Assembly: GCA_951406725.2 (NCBI GenBank)
Contig: OX597820.1
Location: 95,914,001 to 95,978,000, forward strand
Length of the DNA: 64,000 bases
Origin: Octopus vulgaris
Lineage: Eukaryota
Direction: 5' to 3'
Shown: in pieces, positions 53,029-64,000 of the stretch
Layout of the letters: every line of letters starts with the position of its first letter
Position numbering within the stretch: position 1 is the stretch's first letter
Notes under the pieces: generated by a model
Database searches by the model: none
Seen by the model: only the letters and a program-made list of their open reading frames with translations
Told to the model about the DNA's origin: nothing
Made by a program: the position numbers and the translations under genes

Positions 53029-53631
53029 TATTCTTTTGTAATTTATAATGCTGTTCGATCACATTTTAAAATTTGCAGCGACATTAAAAGCAATCATCAC
53101 ACACATTGGTTGAAATGGGTAATCTTCTCGACCGTTGGTCAGTAAAACTCGCCGATGAGAACTAAGTGATATTTTCACAAACTTTGAAATCGCTGCGATA
53201 CAGGCATGTCAGGATTTTCAATTTACGATTCATTTCTACATTGGATTTAATCAATATGTATTCGTGAAAATTTGTGGGTTTGAGTCGTTTTTGACTGCTA
53301 TTATAGCTTAGAAACGTTAGCACGCCGGGCGAAATGCGTAGCTGCATTTCGTCTGCCGTTACGTTCTGAGTTCAAATTCCACTGAGATCGACTTTGCCTT
53401 CCATCCTTTCGGGGTCGATTAAATAAGTACCAGAATCCGGAATCATTGGTTGCTAAGCAAGCTACTTACCACACAGCCACTCCTGCGCTTCTAAAAATAT
53501 TTTTCGAATTTGTGTATAGAATATCAGTTGAATAAAATTATATCATGGTCTGATTTTTAACAAGGTGTGGTATGAATACATATGTATTCATATGAATGTA
53601 TATATTTATACATATATACATGTATACATAT

Positions 53632-53687
<56 letters not shown>

Positions 53688-54072
53688 TTGCATTATATGA
53701 GTGGATGTAGTCGGTGGGAATTAATAACTTCGTCTAGCTACACAGATATACTGATGACAGATTCATATTTTTCATACATATGTCACATGAGCAAACCGAC
53801 ATTTAAATAACTATTCTTAAATTGACGATACAGCACCGCACTCACAGATATGAATACCTTATTCTTAAAGGTAAACTTTGTAAAAAGAAACAACCTACAT
53901 GGCATACGAAAAATCACTAACAAATGCTTATAAATGAACAGTGTTTGTGGGCATCTACATAGATACAAAATATCAATAGTTAATTTGTTTTCTCTTGAAT
54001 GCTTAAATATTGGTTTGAGTGTACAACTTGTACATATTTTACGATCCCGAAAAGATGAAAGGCAAAGAAGAT

Positions 54073-54625
54073 ACCTATTTCTTTACTTCCCACAAGGGGC
54101 TAAACACAGAGAGGACAAACAAGGACAGACAAACGAACTAAGTCGATTATATCGACCCCAGTGCGTAACTGGTACTTATTTAATCGACCCCGAAAGGATG
54201 AAAGGCAAAGTCGACCTCGGCGGAATTTGAACTCAGAACGTAACGGTAGATGAAATACGGCTACGCATTTCGTCCGGCGTGCTAACGTTTCTGCCAGCTC
54301 GCCGCCTTTAGGCAAAGAAGATACCGGTGGCATTCAAACTCAGAATATGCAAACGGACGAAATGCTGCTAAGAATTTTGCCCGATGTGCTAACGATTCTG
54401 CCGCTTTACTAATGGTTCCAAATTTTAACAGAAAGCCAGCAAATGCATGGAGGGAGTAAGTCGATTACATCAACCTAGTAATTAATTGGTATGTATTTTA
54501 CCAAACTGGGAAGGATGAAAAGCAGAGTCGGCCTCGGAGAAATTTGAACTCAGAACATAAAGCCAGATGAAAAGCTGCTAAGTATTTTGCCCGACGTGCT
54601 AAAGTTTCTGCTAGCTTGCCGCCTT
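54073..54625 (-). mobile_element. Cluster of SINE family B copies (first is full length with the Tx1-like tail)
   Basis: 54073-54307 is the reverse complement of 31439-31668; further partial copies follow. Confidence 0.85.
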
Positions 54626-54899
54626 CATGAAGATTTAAATATTGATATCTTACACATACAGTTTATATTTGTTAATAATGGATATTTTAATATATTATTA
54701 GACAAGGTCCAACAACAATATTAATACAAATTCACTAACGCTCATTGAGCAGATGCTGATACAAATTTCACATATCTTATCCTATAAGAAGTAGACACGT
54801 TCTTGTTATAAAATGAATGTTTTTGTCTATGACACACGAGTAAACAGAAAACAGCCTGTACCACACTTAACCGCAAGCATTTAATGAGAATATTGCTCT

Positions 54900-55146
54900 A
54901 TGGACCAGACAATCGACCCCAATGTACCTCCTTGCGTTGTTGTAACTTTCAAATGATGTCACCTCACAGGCTAGGTGGGCAGGCCAACATTACCCCTGGC
55001 CGTAATGCCATTTCGTCACAGGGTTGCTCATTTATAGCTGGGTGGATTGGAGCACCGTGAAATGAAAAGTTTTATTCAAAAACGCAAGGCATTTCTCGGT
55101 CCGAGAATCGAAACTGCGACATCCTAACCATTTAACCACGCGCCTT
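54900..55146 (-). mobile_element. CORE-like SINE (family C), degraded
   Basis: TGGAGCACCGTGAAATGAA..GAATCGAAAC..CTAACCATTTAACCACGCGCCTTC is the reverse-strand head. Confidence 0.6.
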
Positions 55147-56657
55147 CAGTCATATTATACTGGTCTCAGATTTTGGCTCAAGGTCTCAGATTTTGGCACA
55201 AGGCCAGCGATTTCAGGTTAAGTTCATTATATTATCTAAAACGATGAAAAGCAAAGTCAACCTCGGCGGCATTTGAACTCAGAACGTAAAAACGGACGAA
55301 ATTTCCGCTAAGCATTTTGCCCGGCATGGTAAGAACTCTGCTAGTTCACTGCCTCACCGTCAGAATATATTACTTTATGAACAAAATGAAAAATCTCCTC
55401 AGTAACATAAAATAACAAACTAAGACATCAGAGAAGATACTTCAGACAACCATTGTAATATAAATATTTAACGATAAGCGAACAAGTGTAAAATTTATGA
55501 TTTCAAGTATTATGTCTGATACACGATTATGGCAATTACTCGTAGGGTGATGATGCATTTATAATAAGGAATCAGTACAGCTCATTATAAAACACGAAAT
55601 AAAACCGAAGAAAAGAAACTCTTTCTGTTGGATTGTACTAGAATGAGATATATATATCTATGGAAAATTCACATATGGCATTCACTACTGAATTAAACGC
55701 GCAGATATACAGCACCCAGAAAAATTTATTATTTTTCACCGTTTCTATTTCGTGGTTTGCATAACATTTTTCAGCTTGGTCAAAGTTTTAATAATACAAA
55801 TTCATTATATGTGTATGTTGCATATATAATTGATTAATTATAGATTCATAATATAATTGTTATGCGTACAGTCTAGCCATGTTCAACAAACACTGAAATT
55901 CAAATTTTAAACAGTCGTAAATTATAATTTAGCATTAGAACATTTTCGTTTTATAAGATATTTAGATGCAAGCCAAAACGTTAATGTGATGATATAAAGA
56001 AACTTACTCAATGATGCATATATAGGAAAAGATTGAAGGGAAGAAATCATAGAAATTATTAATGGCAAACTAATGATATGTTAGTTTACAAAGTCTGTAA
56101 ATGCGAGCCAAAATATGCTGCGACAGTTTTTGTATTCTGTACATTTCGATTACATTTCACCCACTCAACGTTTTCCACTGTGGTATACAGCTAAGCTACA
56201 ATAATATACTTTTCGTTGTAAAGAACAAACATCTTCAAGTACTGGGGCGCCTATAGTCATTTATATATCATTTACTCGGTCATTCAATGGCATAGATGCA
56301 AATCACACACTAAAAATGTTGCGTGTAAACGTAAGATTCTTTTAGTTATCATCTTGTTTTTTTTTTTTGGCATGATTAGTTATATACACCCCTCTATCTA
56401 ACGAGAAAATCAATTAACATTGATTAATCTACATTTTCTCTGAAATTAAATCATAGAAAAACTTGTCTTAACTCCAATTGAATTCTTCTAGGAGAAATTG
56501 TTGAATTGTCGCTTAATAGAGACAGGCAGTCACCGTAATTTTTTGTATCAGTTTGTAGCTTAACCAATCTCTCTCTCTCTCTCTCTCTCTATTTCTGTAT
56601 GTATGTATGTATGTATGTATGTATGTATGTATGTATGTATGTATGTATGTATGTATG

Positions 56658-56716
<59 letters not shown>

Positions 56717-56805
56717 CTTATAGTTTCAGTCTGTAAGCTGTACTCACGCTAGGGCTCCGCCAATGCTACTGATATATCTTTACGGCCCCTACATATTTAG
56801 TAGGC

Positions 56806-57589
56806 ATTTGGTAAGTGAGGGTGTTCAAATTTGGTGTCTCCACTTGTCTCTCACCACTTAACACGAATTCTAGACCGTAGAAGGTCCAGTTGTTGTTTGA
56901 AGCTTTATACACCTACACACTGTAGGTCTCTCAAGCCTCTGAGTGAAAAGTTGTGGGCCTTTGAATCCAAAACTAGATAGCAAGGATAAGATCTTTGGCA
57001 CTACCGTATTCGGGGATTAGTTTAGCATTTAATGACAAAGTTTGGCTTAAGTCATTTTGGGATCTTCCGGGCAAATACTACAGCATACATTTCTCGTCTT
57101 CACTGTATAGAAAACAGGCTTATCTTTTTCAGTCTTTTCCAGTAGATGATCTATCGAATTCAAGCAGTATCATTCGTGTAGCTGTTGAGTTTACACTATG
57201 AGTTGACCGGTTTTCAAAGCAATAATTTAGACGCCTGAGGACAAGTGCCCTCCACAGGGACATTATGGTTAACTGCCCTCTTCTGAAAATTCTTAAGGTC
57301 TATCCGGTCAATCGTAGATAATTCACGGCCATCTTACTGATGTTTGTGTTGTGTGTATATACATATATATATATTAAAGTATATATGTATATATATATAT
57401 ATATCTCATCGTTGCTATCCAGTTTAGGATTCAAAGGCCCACAGATTTTCACTCAGTGGCTTAAGAGACCTACATTGTGTAGATGCATATATCTTCAAAC
57501 AGCAACAGGACCTTCTACAGTCTAGAATTCCTGTTAAGTTTCGAGAAACAACTGAGGAGAGCAAATTCGAACGCTCGCCTTCACCAAAT
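56806..57589. repeat. ~187-bp inverted repeat pair (56806-56992 / 57403-57589) around a ~410-bp spacer
   Basis: Reverse-complement matches include GAATTCTAGAC.GTAGAAGGTCC and TGTGGGCCTTTGAATCC. Confidence 0.85.
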
Positions 57590-58959
57590 ATATAAAAAAA
57601 ATTGATTCCTGTACATATCTAATCGTTTTTCAACATATAAATATAGGTTGAAAAACGATTATATGGCAGTGGCAGTCTCTCTGTCCTACTTAACGTGAGG
57701 ATGTATTATGAGAGAGCCCTAATACTGTAGAATTCGTCCTGATTCTGGTAAGTCTCTCGTATAGACATCTAGTGTATAAAAGTTTTTTAAAATAGCATTT
57801 TTAGTTTATCAAGGTAAAAAAAAAAGATGTGTAATACAATCTTGAAGACAAATTAACGCACAATTTTGGCTCGATAATTTTATACATTAACTTAAAATTT
57901 TTGACATGTTCATATGAAGCCTTTCTAGATGGAGATTCGTGGTACTGTAAGTCGTCGAGAAAAGTTTGAAATTCGGTTAATTATCAAGTCTTGACAAATT
58001 CTGTGTAATAGCATGTTTTGAGGTCAATATTCTTTTCTATTCTAGGGACAAGGCCCGACATTTTGGGGGAGGAGGCCAGTTGATTAGATTGACCCCAGTA
58101 CGCAACCGGTACTTAATTTATCGACCCAGAAAGGAGTTCGATATTAAGGACATCATTTTGGATTATCCTATGACCTTAAAGCGACTTTTGTAGAATCGTT
58201 AGCTTGACAGACAAAATGGTTTGCAGCATCTTTTCTGACTCTTTATGATCTGAGATCAAATACCACCAAGGTCAACTTGTTTTTTATCCTTTCGTTGTCG
58301 TAAAATAAAGTACCAGTCAGGTATTTGAGTCGATGTAATCGTCTAACACTTCCTTCAAATTTACTAACCTTATATCAAAATTAGGAAGAATTATGACATG
58401 ATCTGTAAAGTAGTTTTATTTTAAGAAACATCACTTAATAATAAAGAAGCACAAGGTATATTCATGCATATATCTTATATTAAAGAAATCAGAGGGACAA
58501 AACAAGTGAAGTTGATGAAGAGTCTTTAAAGGGCAAACTGAAGGTTGAAGTTATTTTAGATTTGGAGTTTATGCTAAATAATGAGTGTATACACAATATA
58601 CAAGAATGCATTGAAGTTTAAAAGAATTTTGGCAGTCTCTGTAGCAACAAGGAGTATATTATTCGTCCATATGTATATATATATATATATATATATACAA
58701 TAACGCCTTGTTTCAATTTTTATCTAAAGTTATGTGAGTAATCAGTACTACCACTTTGTATTTAAGCTACTCGCGGTTTCGTTCAGAACAATAACGCCTG
58801 ATATAACTGCACATAGAATAATGCTCAATGTTATACATACCCACCGCACATGTGTATGTGTGTGTGCGTGTGTATGTATGTATGCATGTTTGTAAGCATG
58901 CATGTATGTGTGTATTTAAAGAGAGAGAGAAAGAGAAAGAGAGAGAAAGAGAGGAAGAA

Positions 58960-58990
<31 letters not shown>

Positions 58991-59289
58991 CAGAAAATTA
59001 GAAAGTGAACGATGGCAATTAAATAATTATGAATATACAAAGCTAAAATGAAATCTTACAAATGCGACCTTATTAAATTTGCATGCAAAGAAAACAAATT
59101 AAATGATTGTCTGATTTTCTGCGAAACTGATTCTGTTAAGCTTGATAGCTTAACTCACGTCCTCGAGAAAAATGATATACATATAACTTGCGCAGTTACA
59201 TGACGTAATAATCTTTACTGAAGAATGAGAATGTTGTATATGATATGCAGTTATTGAAACAAATTTTACCAGCTTCTTATATAAAATAA

Positions 59290-59588
59290 CTAGCAGTATC
59301 GCCCGGCGTTGCTCGGGTTTGTAAGGGAAATGACTATATAAGCATTATAAGAGAGTTACTTCCCTTATATAATAGCAAAAAATGCATTAAAAATGGGAAA
59401 AAATGATGGTAATTTTTTTTTTAATCGTAGACTCATCGTAGACGCGCGCTAATACCCAGAAGGGCTCGATATGAATCACGACTATAAGATACCCGGTTTT
59501 GGTTAAACTGCACCGCAAAATGTGGGAGTAGTTTCGGAATCTAAATCGTAGGAGACAGACACACAACTTCACTTTTAAATATAAATAT
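59290..59588 (-). mobile_element. Non-autonomous Helitron (~300 bp)
   Basis: The minus-strand 3' end has a GC hairpin CCCGAGCAACGCCGGG followed by CTAG|T. The 5' end is AT-rich and TATATATAAAA-like, although the TC start is decayed. Confidence 0.8.
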
Positions 59589-61349
59589 ATAACAATGATA
59601 CAACGTGAATATTATTGGTATGTTACGAAGAAGAAAATGTATGATATACGAAGCACAGAACATATAAAAATAATATAACTTAGGAAGATTAGTTATATAT
59701 AAAGTTTCTGTAAAAAACACTGTGCGCCATTTTTTTTAGCTGAGTTAATCAAATTACAATTGCCTATAGTTGATATGTTATGGAACTGAAAATGTATTTT
59801 ATTTAAGTATCAGACTGTCTGACGAGGGTAACTAAGCTGTAAAAGTTAGTATATGATCTACTGAAAAGTGATTTTTCATTCAGTATTTTTTCACTTAATG
59901 TTAAATTGATTCTATATATATCTTGGAATGAAAATTCACATACATACATATACATATATGTATATACACATGCACTCTTTAAAAAAAAAAACAAGAAAAA
60001 CTAATAAGCCAGTCTGTTGCAATAACAGCTTAATACAAATTACAAATTATTGGGACTAGAAAATAAAGTTACTGATAAAGCAATTCTGTTGTTAGATATA
60101 AACATTACGTACGACACAATAACGCTGTTATCATCATTTTCTACACCTTAGAGAACCTTCTATTTTCCACAGTAGTTTCTGAATAAATGTTCCCTAATGA
60201 TAGTCTTTTTTTGAATTTCAGACTAAAATCAACTTCTTTCACAATCTACTTGAGTAGTAAAATGAGTTAATAAGTATTTAATTATCAGTCTGGTGTTTTT
60301 ATGCATTTTTTTCTCAAGTTGAATTTCTCCAGCATATAATATATACAAAACTACAATATTTCTACATCGTCTACACATAGAAATGTCTTCCATTGTATTT
60401 TATCATTTTCTTTCATTCTGACGTTTATCTAGCAGGTAGCTAGCAGATTATTCATATCCAGTATGATGTCCCCATAAGATACACGCATGCACGCACGCAC
60501 ACATATACACACACACAAACACACACACACACACACATATCAATATTTCCCAGTTATTTGTAAGTTTTAAGTGCTCATAAGTTAATTCCTCATCAATTCA
60601 TTTAGCTTTTGAAGTACAGTACGAAACACAAATGGATTTTTTTTAGATTTCCAAACCATGTAGAATACAAACTAGGCCCAATATTCTTCTCAGATATTGA
60701 CTATAAGCTTTCAAAAATAGTGTGCAAAAGCCTGGAATTCTTTATTATCAAACATTAATTCTCTATTACCATTAAATGAGCTTCTCATATTTGAGCTTTT
60801 CTAGCTGTTCTGTTTAGTGTGTTTTGCTTTTTAAGCTAATTGCCCAATCAACGAAATCAGTCAGGTATTTTCCAACTTCTAACTGTCCCTTAGAGCTTTT
60901 ACCAGGTGTTCTAAACTACCCATACCAAGTCACATGCTAGAGTTATACTATCAATCTGTTGGTATATCTCTCGATAACGGGGTTGTTCGATTACAAACCC
61001 AAAGATCAAAATGCTGTCATCATTGTTTTCTTATTATAAAAGTCGACGACAATTTTTTCAGATGATTTATGGCAGATTCTTCAGAAGGCATTCTTTAAAC
61101 CTATATCGGAAACAAAGCAATTCACAGAAGCTTTCCTTTCATTTGGATGACAAGATTGTGCAGTTTCATAGCGAGAATGCAGGAAAGCAGCATGGTTTTG
61201 AACATAATCAAGTTAGGAATCTAATACTAAAACTCATGTGTTTTGGCATATCATAAATTCTAACACTGAATAAAACAAGGAAAAACTGTCTAAAAGCATT
61301 TTACTGCAATTTAGTATTGTTTATCTGAATGACCTCAACTAAATTCCAT

Positions 61350-61663
61350 TGTTACTTTTGTATAGTGAAACTGTATACCCCTCCCGGTAAAAAGTTGTAG
61401 GAGAGGCTATTATAAATAGACCAGTAGCCGATCGTCAAGAGAGGGTTGATAGTCGAAGAGTTGAGCGTCGACAGTTCTAGTCGGTGTCTTGTGGAATTAT
61501 CAGCGATAGTAATACAAAAGAAGCAAGTGTATTACTGTTCTGGTCGGAAGAGATGTAACGGTATCCGATGACTAGTAATAATTGTGTCTACTAGCATAAA
61601 ACAGCATCTACTGTACAACGGTAGTCACACATCACACTCATGGGAGGAACCCACTTTACAACA
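61350..61663 (+). mobile_element. 5' LTR of a Gypsy element
   Basis: TGTT...AACA, with an internal TATAAATA. Immediately followed by PBS-like GTAGCGGCGAGG (compare TGGCGACGAGG). Confidence 0.65.
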
Positions 61664-63350
61664 GTAGCGGCGAGGAAAAAACAAATTTACGCGGCGTAAT
61701 AAGAAAATTCCCATACAGAGTTGAAACTAATTCATGTAGAAAATGAAATAACATGACAAAAAAAAAAAAGAAACGAAAATCTTGTTGTGCAAACTTACGA
61801 AAATCGTAAAATATGGAAGATTGTTAGCTGGGTTGGTGAGTTGAAAAAACAGCAGCAACAACAACAACTCAAGGAACAACGAGAACAACAATAGATTGCA
61901 GGAGCAAATGTTACAACTATTGAAGTTGATAACCAAACCGGAGAATACATTTTCGCCTGACCATTTAGCAAATTCCATAGGCGAATTCAAATATGACCCC
62001 AAAGAAAGAGTAACCTTCGAGGCTTACTTTCGAAGAGTTAAACAAATTTTTTTAAAAGAATATCAGGATTGGACGGACGAACTGAAAACGCGTCTAGTTT
62101 TAAGAAAACTAGCGACAGATTACCAAAATCAAGAAAAAAGAAAAAAAAATGCGTTTGACATAAATTTCATCGACGCGGTTGTAATTTTGTGCAAACTGTT
62201 TAGTGAAAAGAGCTCCCTGTTTAATACTAGATGGAAATGTTTAAACATAGAGCGAAGATGAAGACTTCACTATTTACACAGATAGAGTCAACAAAGAATG
62301 TCAGAGATATAGGCTGGATATGCTTACTCCAGATTCTTTCAAGTGTGGGATTTTTGCACAAGGATTGGCAGATAAAAGGGATGCAGAAATCTGAACGAAA
62401 ATTCTAGCAAAATTGGAAATGAAACAGGATTTTACATTGCAGAAACTGTGGGAAGCGTGTGACATGATATTAAAATTAAGGTATGACACGGAGGAAATTC
62501 AATAGAAAGTTTGTTTTCACATAAGATCAGTGCAAAAAAGTCGAAGAACAAATAAAGTGTTGCAGGAAAAACAGAAATAATATCGGGATGTAGACCTATG
62601 TATAGCATGTGGTGGGATGCACCCGAAAAAAGATTGTCCTTATAAAAAAGTAAAGTCTTTTCGCTGTGGGTTTACAGGACATATAAAAACGCACTGCATA
62701 ACTAGAATGATAGGGAAATGGAACAAACAAGAAAAAATAAAGTTTGTTTGTAGGAAAAGTTGTGACTAAAACAGACAGAAAATTCATGAATGTGAGAATT
62801 GAAACTAGTGTGTCAGAATGCAATTAGATACGGAAAGTGACATCACAGCCATAGATGAGAAAACATGGTGACAAATGGGTAAGCCAAAATTATGTACTGG
62901 AAACAAAATTGCGCATGGTATTACGGGTAAAAATTATATTTCACGAGTGAACGCGTTTGTAATATGATGTTCAAAAATCAAACCCCAAAAAGTGAGTATT
63001 TTTGAGAAAATCCCTGAATTTATTTGGCACCGAATGTATGGAGAAATTTAATTTATGGGATGTACCCATAAGCATTCTGTGCAATAACCTAAACGGAGGA
63101 GCAGTCAAACAATCGGACGAGGTCGATGAAATGAGACAAAAAAATGAAAGAAACATTCCCTAAAGTTTTTTTCGGAAGATTAAGCTACTTCACAAAAACA
63201 AAAGCAAAATTTCTGTCAAAGAAAACCCAGCATCTGTTTTCAGGCACAAACGGAACATGCCGTTTGCGATGGTAGACCAGGTCAATAAAAAACTAGAAAG
63301 GCTGGAAAGCCTGAAAATGAAAAGATTGACCATGCAGACTGGGCAGCACA
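61664..63350 (+). pseudogene. Gypsy (K02A2.6/Mag-like) gag-protease and start of RT, degraded, truncated by a SINE
   Basis: EFKYDPKERVTFEAYFRR..W.DE.K.RLVLRKL; SLFNTRWKCLNI; FKCGIFAQGL; knuckle CIACGGMH..DCP; protease MQLDTESDIT; NLFG; FRHKRNMPFAM..V.KKLERLE; DWAA. Confidence 0.85.
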
Positions 63351-63469
63351 AAAAGGATGAAAGTCAAAGTCGATGTCGGCATAAATTTGAATTTAGAACG
63401 CAAATCAAGAAGAAATGCCACTAAGTATTCTATTCGACGGGCTAATGATTCTGACTGCTCACCACATTC

Positions 63470-63504
<35 letters not shown>

Positions 63505-63509
63505 TATAA

Positions 63510-63713
63510 TACTTTTTGTCACAAGGGCAGCTTGGCTTGGTATTAAGTCGATAACATCGACCCCAGTGCGTAACTGGTAATTATTTCATCGATCTCGAAA
63601 GGATGAAAGTCAAAGTCAAGCTCGGCGGAATTTGATCTTACAACGTAGTGACGGACAAAATACGCCTAAGCATTTCGTCCAGCATGCTAACAATTCTGCC
63701 AGCTCACCGCCTT
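63510..63713 (-). mobile_element. SINE family B between (TAA)n tracts
   Basis: Family B body and head, with (TAA)n on both sides. Confidence 0.75.
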
Positions 63714-63737
63714 AGTAATAATAATAATGATAATAGA

Positions 63738-63810
<73 letters not shown>

Positions 63811-64000
63811 GAAAGAACCGTGGCAGAATATTTGGTAAATAGCAAACAAGTTCTGCCACAGTATGCTGCTAATGCAGAAAGATTTAACAAAAATGGACTT
63901 GAGAATGCTGATGAATTCAGATCAAGAACAGCCAACGAGAGAGAATTAACCCTACTCCGCATTGAATTGCATGGTCAGTTCCACTGTCAAACCAACAAAT
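63811..64000 (+). mobile_element. 5'-truncated R4/Dong-like element running off the window end
   Basis: An open frame begins directly after (TAA)n: ERTVAEYLVNSKQ..ELHGQFHCQT. LHGQF is the R4/Dong motif upstream of the zinc finger. Confidence 0.65.

Overview
AT-rich eukaryotic (animal) non-coding DNA, densely filled with (AT)n, (TAA)n, (ATAC)n and (CA)n microsatellites and with degraded transposons. The tRNA-headed SINE families and overall composition look like an octopus or other coleoid cephalopod; this is inferred from recall, not from a search. I found no credible host protein-coding exon. Most ORF-track entries are microsatellite or SINE read-through. Recognisable contents are Penelope-like (PLE) RT and terminal-repeat remnants, several Tx1/L1-like LINE derivatives, an intron-containing DD34E Tc1 element, mariner remnants, R4/Dong fragments in (TAA)n arrays, a Gypsy (K02A2.6/Mag-like) LTR-gag-protease fragment, a 141-bp solo LTR with a 5-bp TSD, a non-autonomous Helitron, foldback MITEs and three SINE families. 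The most notable signal is a minimal type-I hammerhead ribozyme on the minus strand at 14905-14954. Its core reads GUGAACA rather than CUGANGA, which is a compensatory G3:C8 swap of the tertiary C3:G8 pair. Other points of interest are a SINE sharing its 3' tail with a Tx1-like LINE, bipartite internally deleted LINEs with a possible 5' pseudoknot, and palindromes mirrored across (AT)n tracts.
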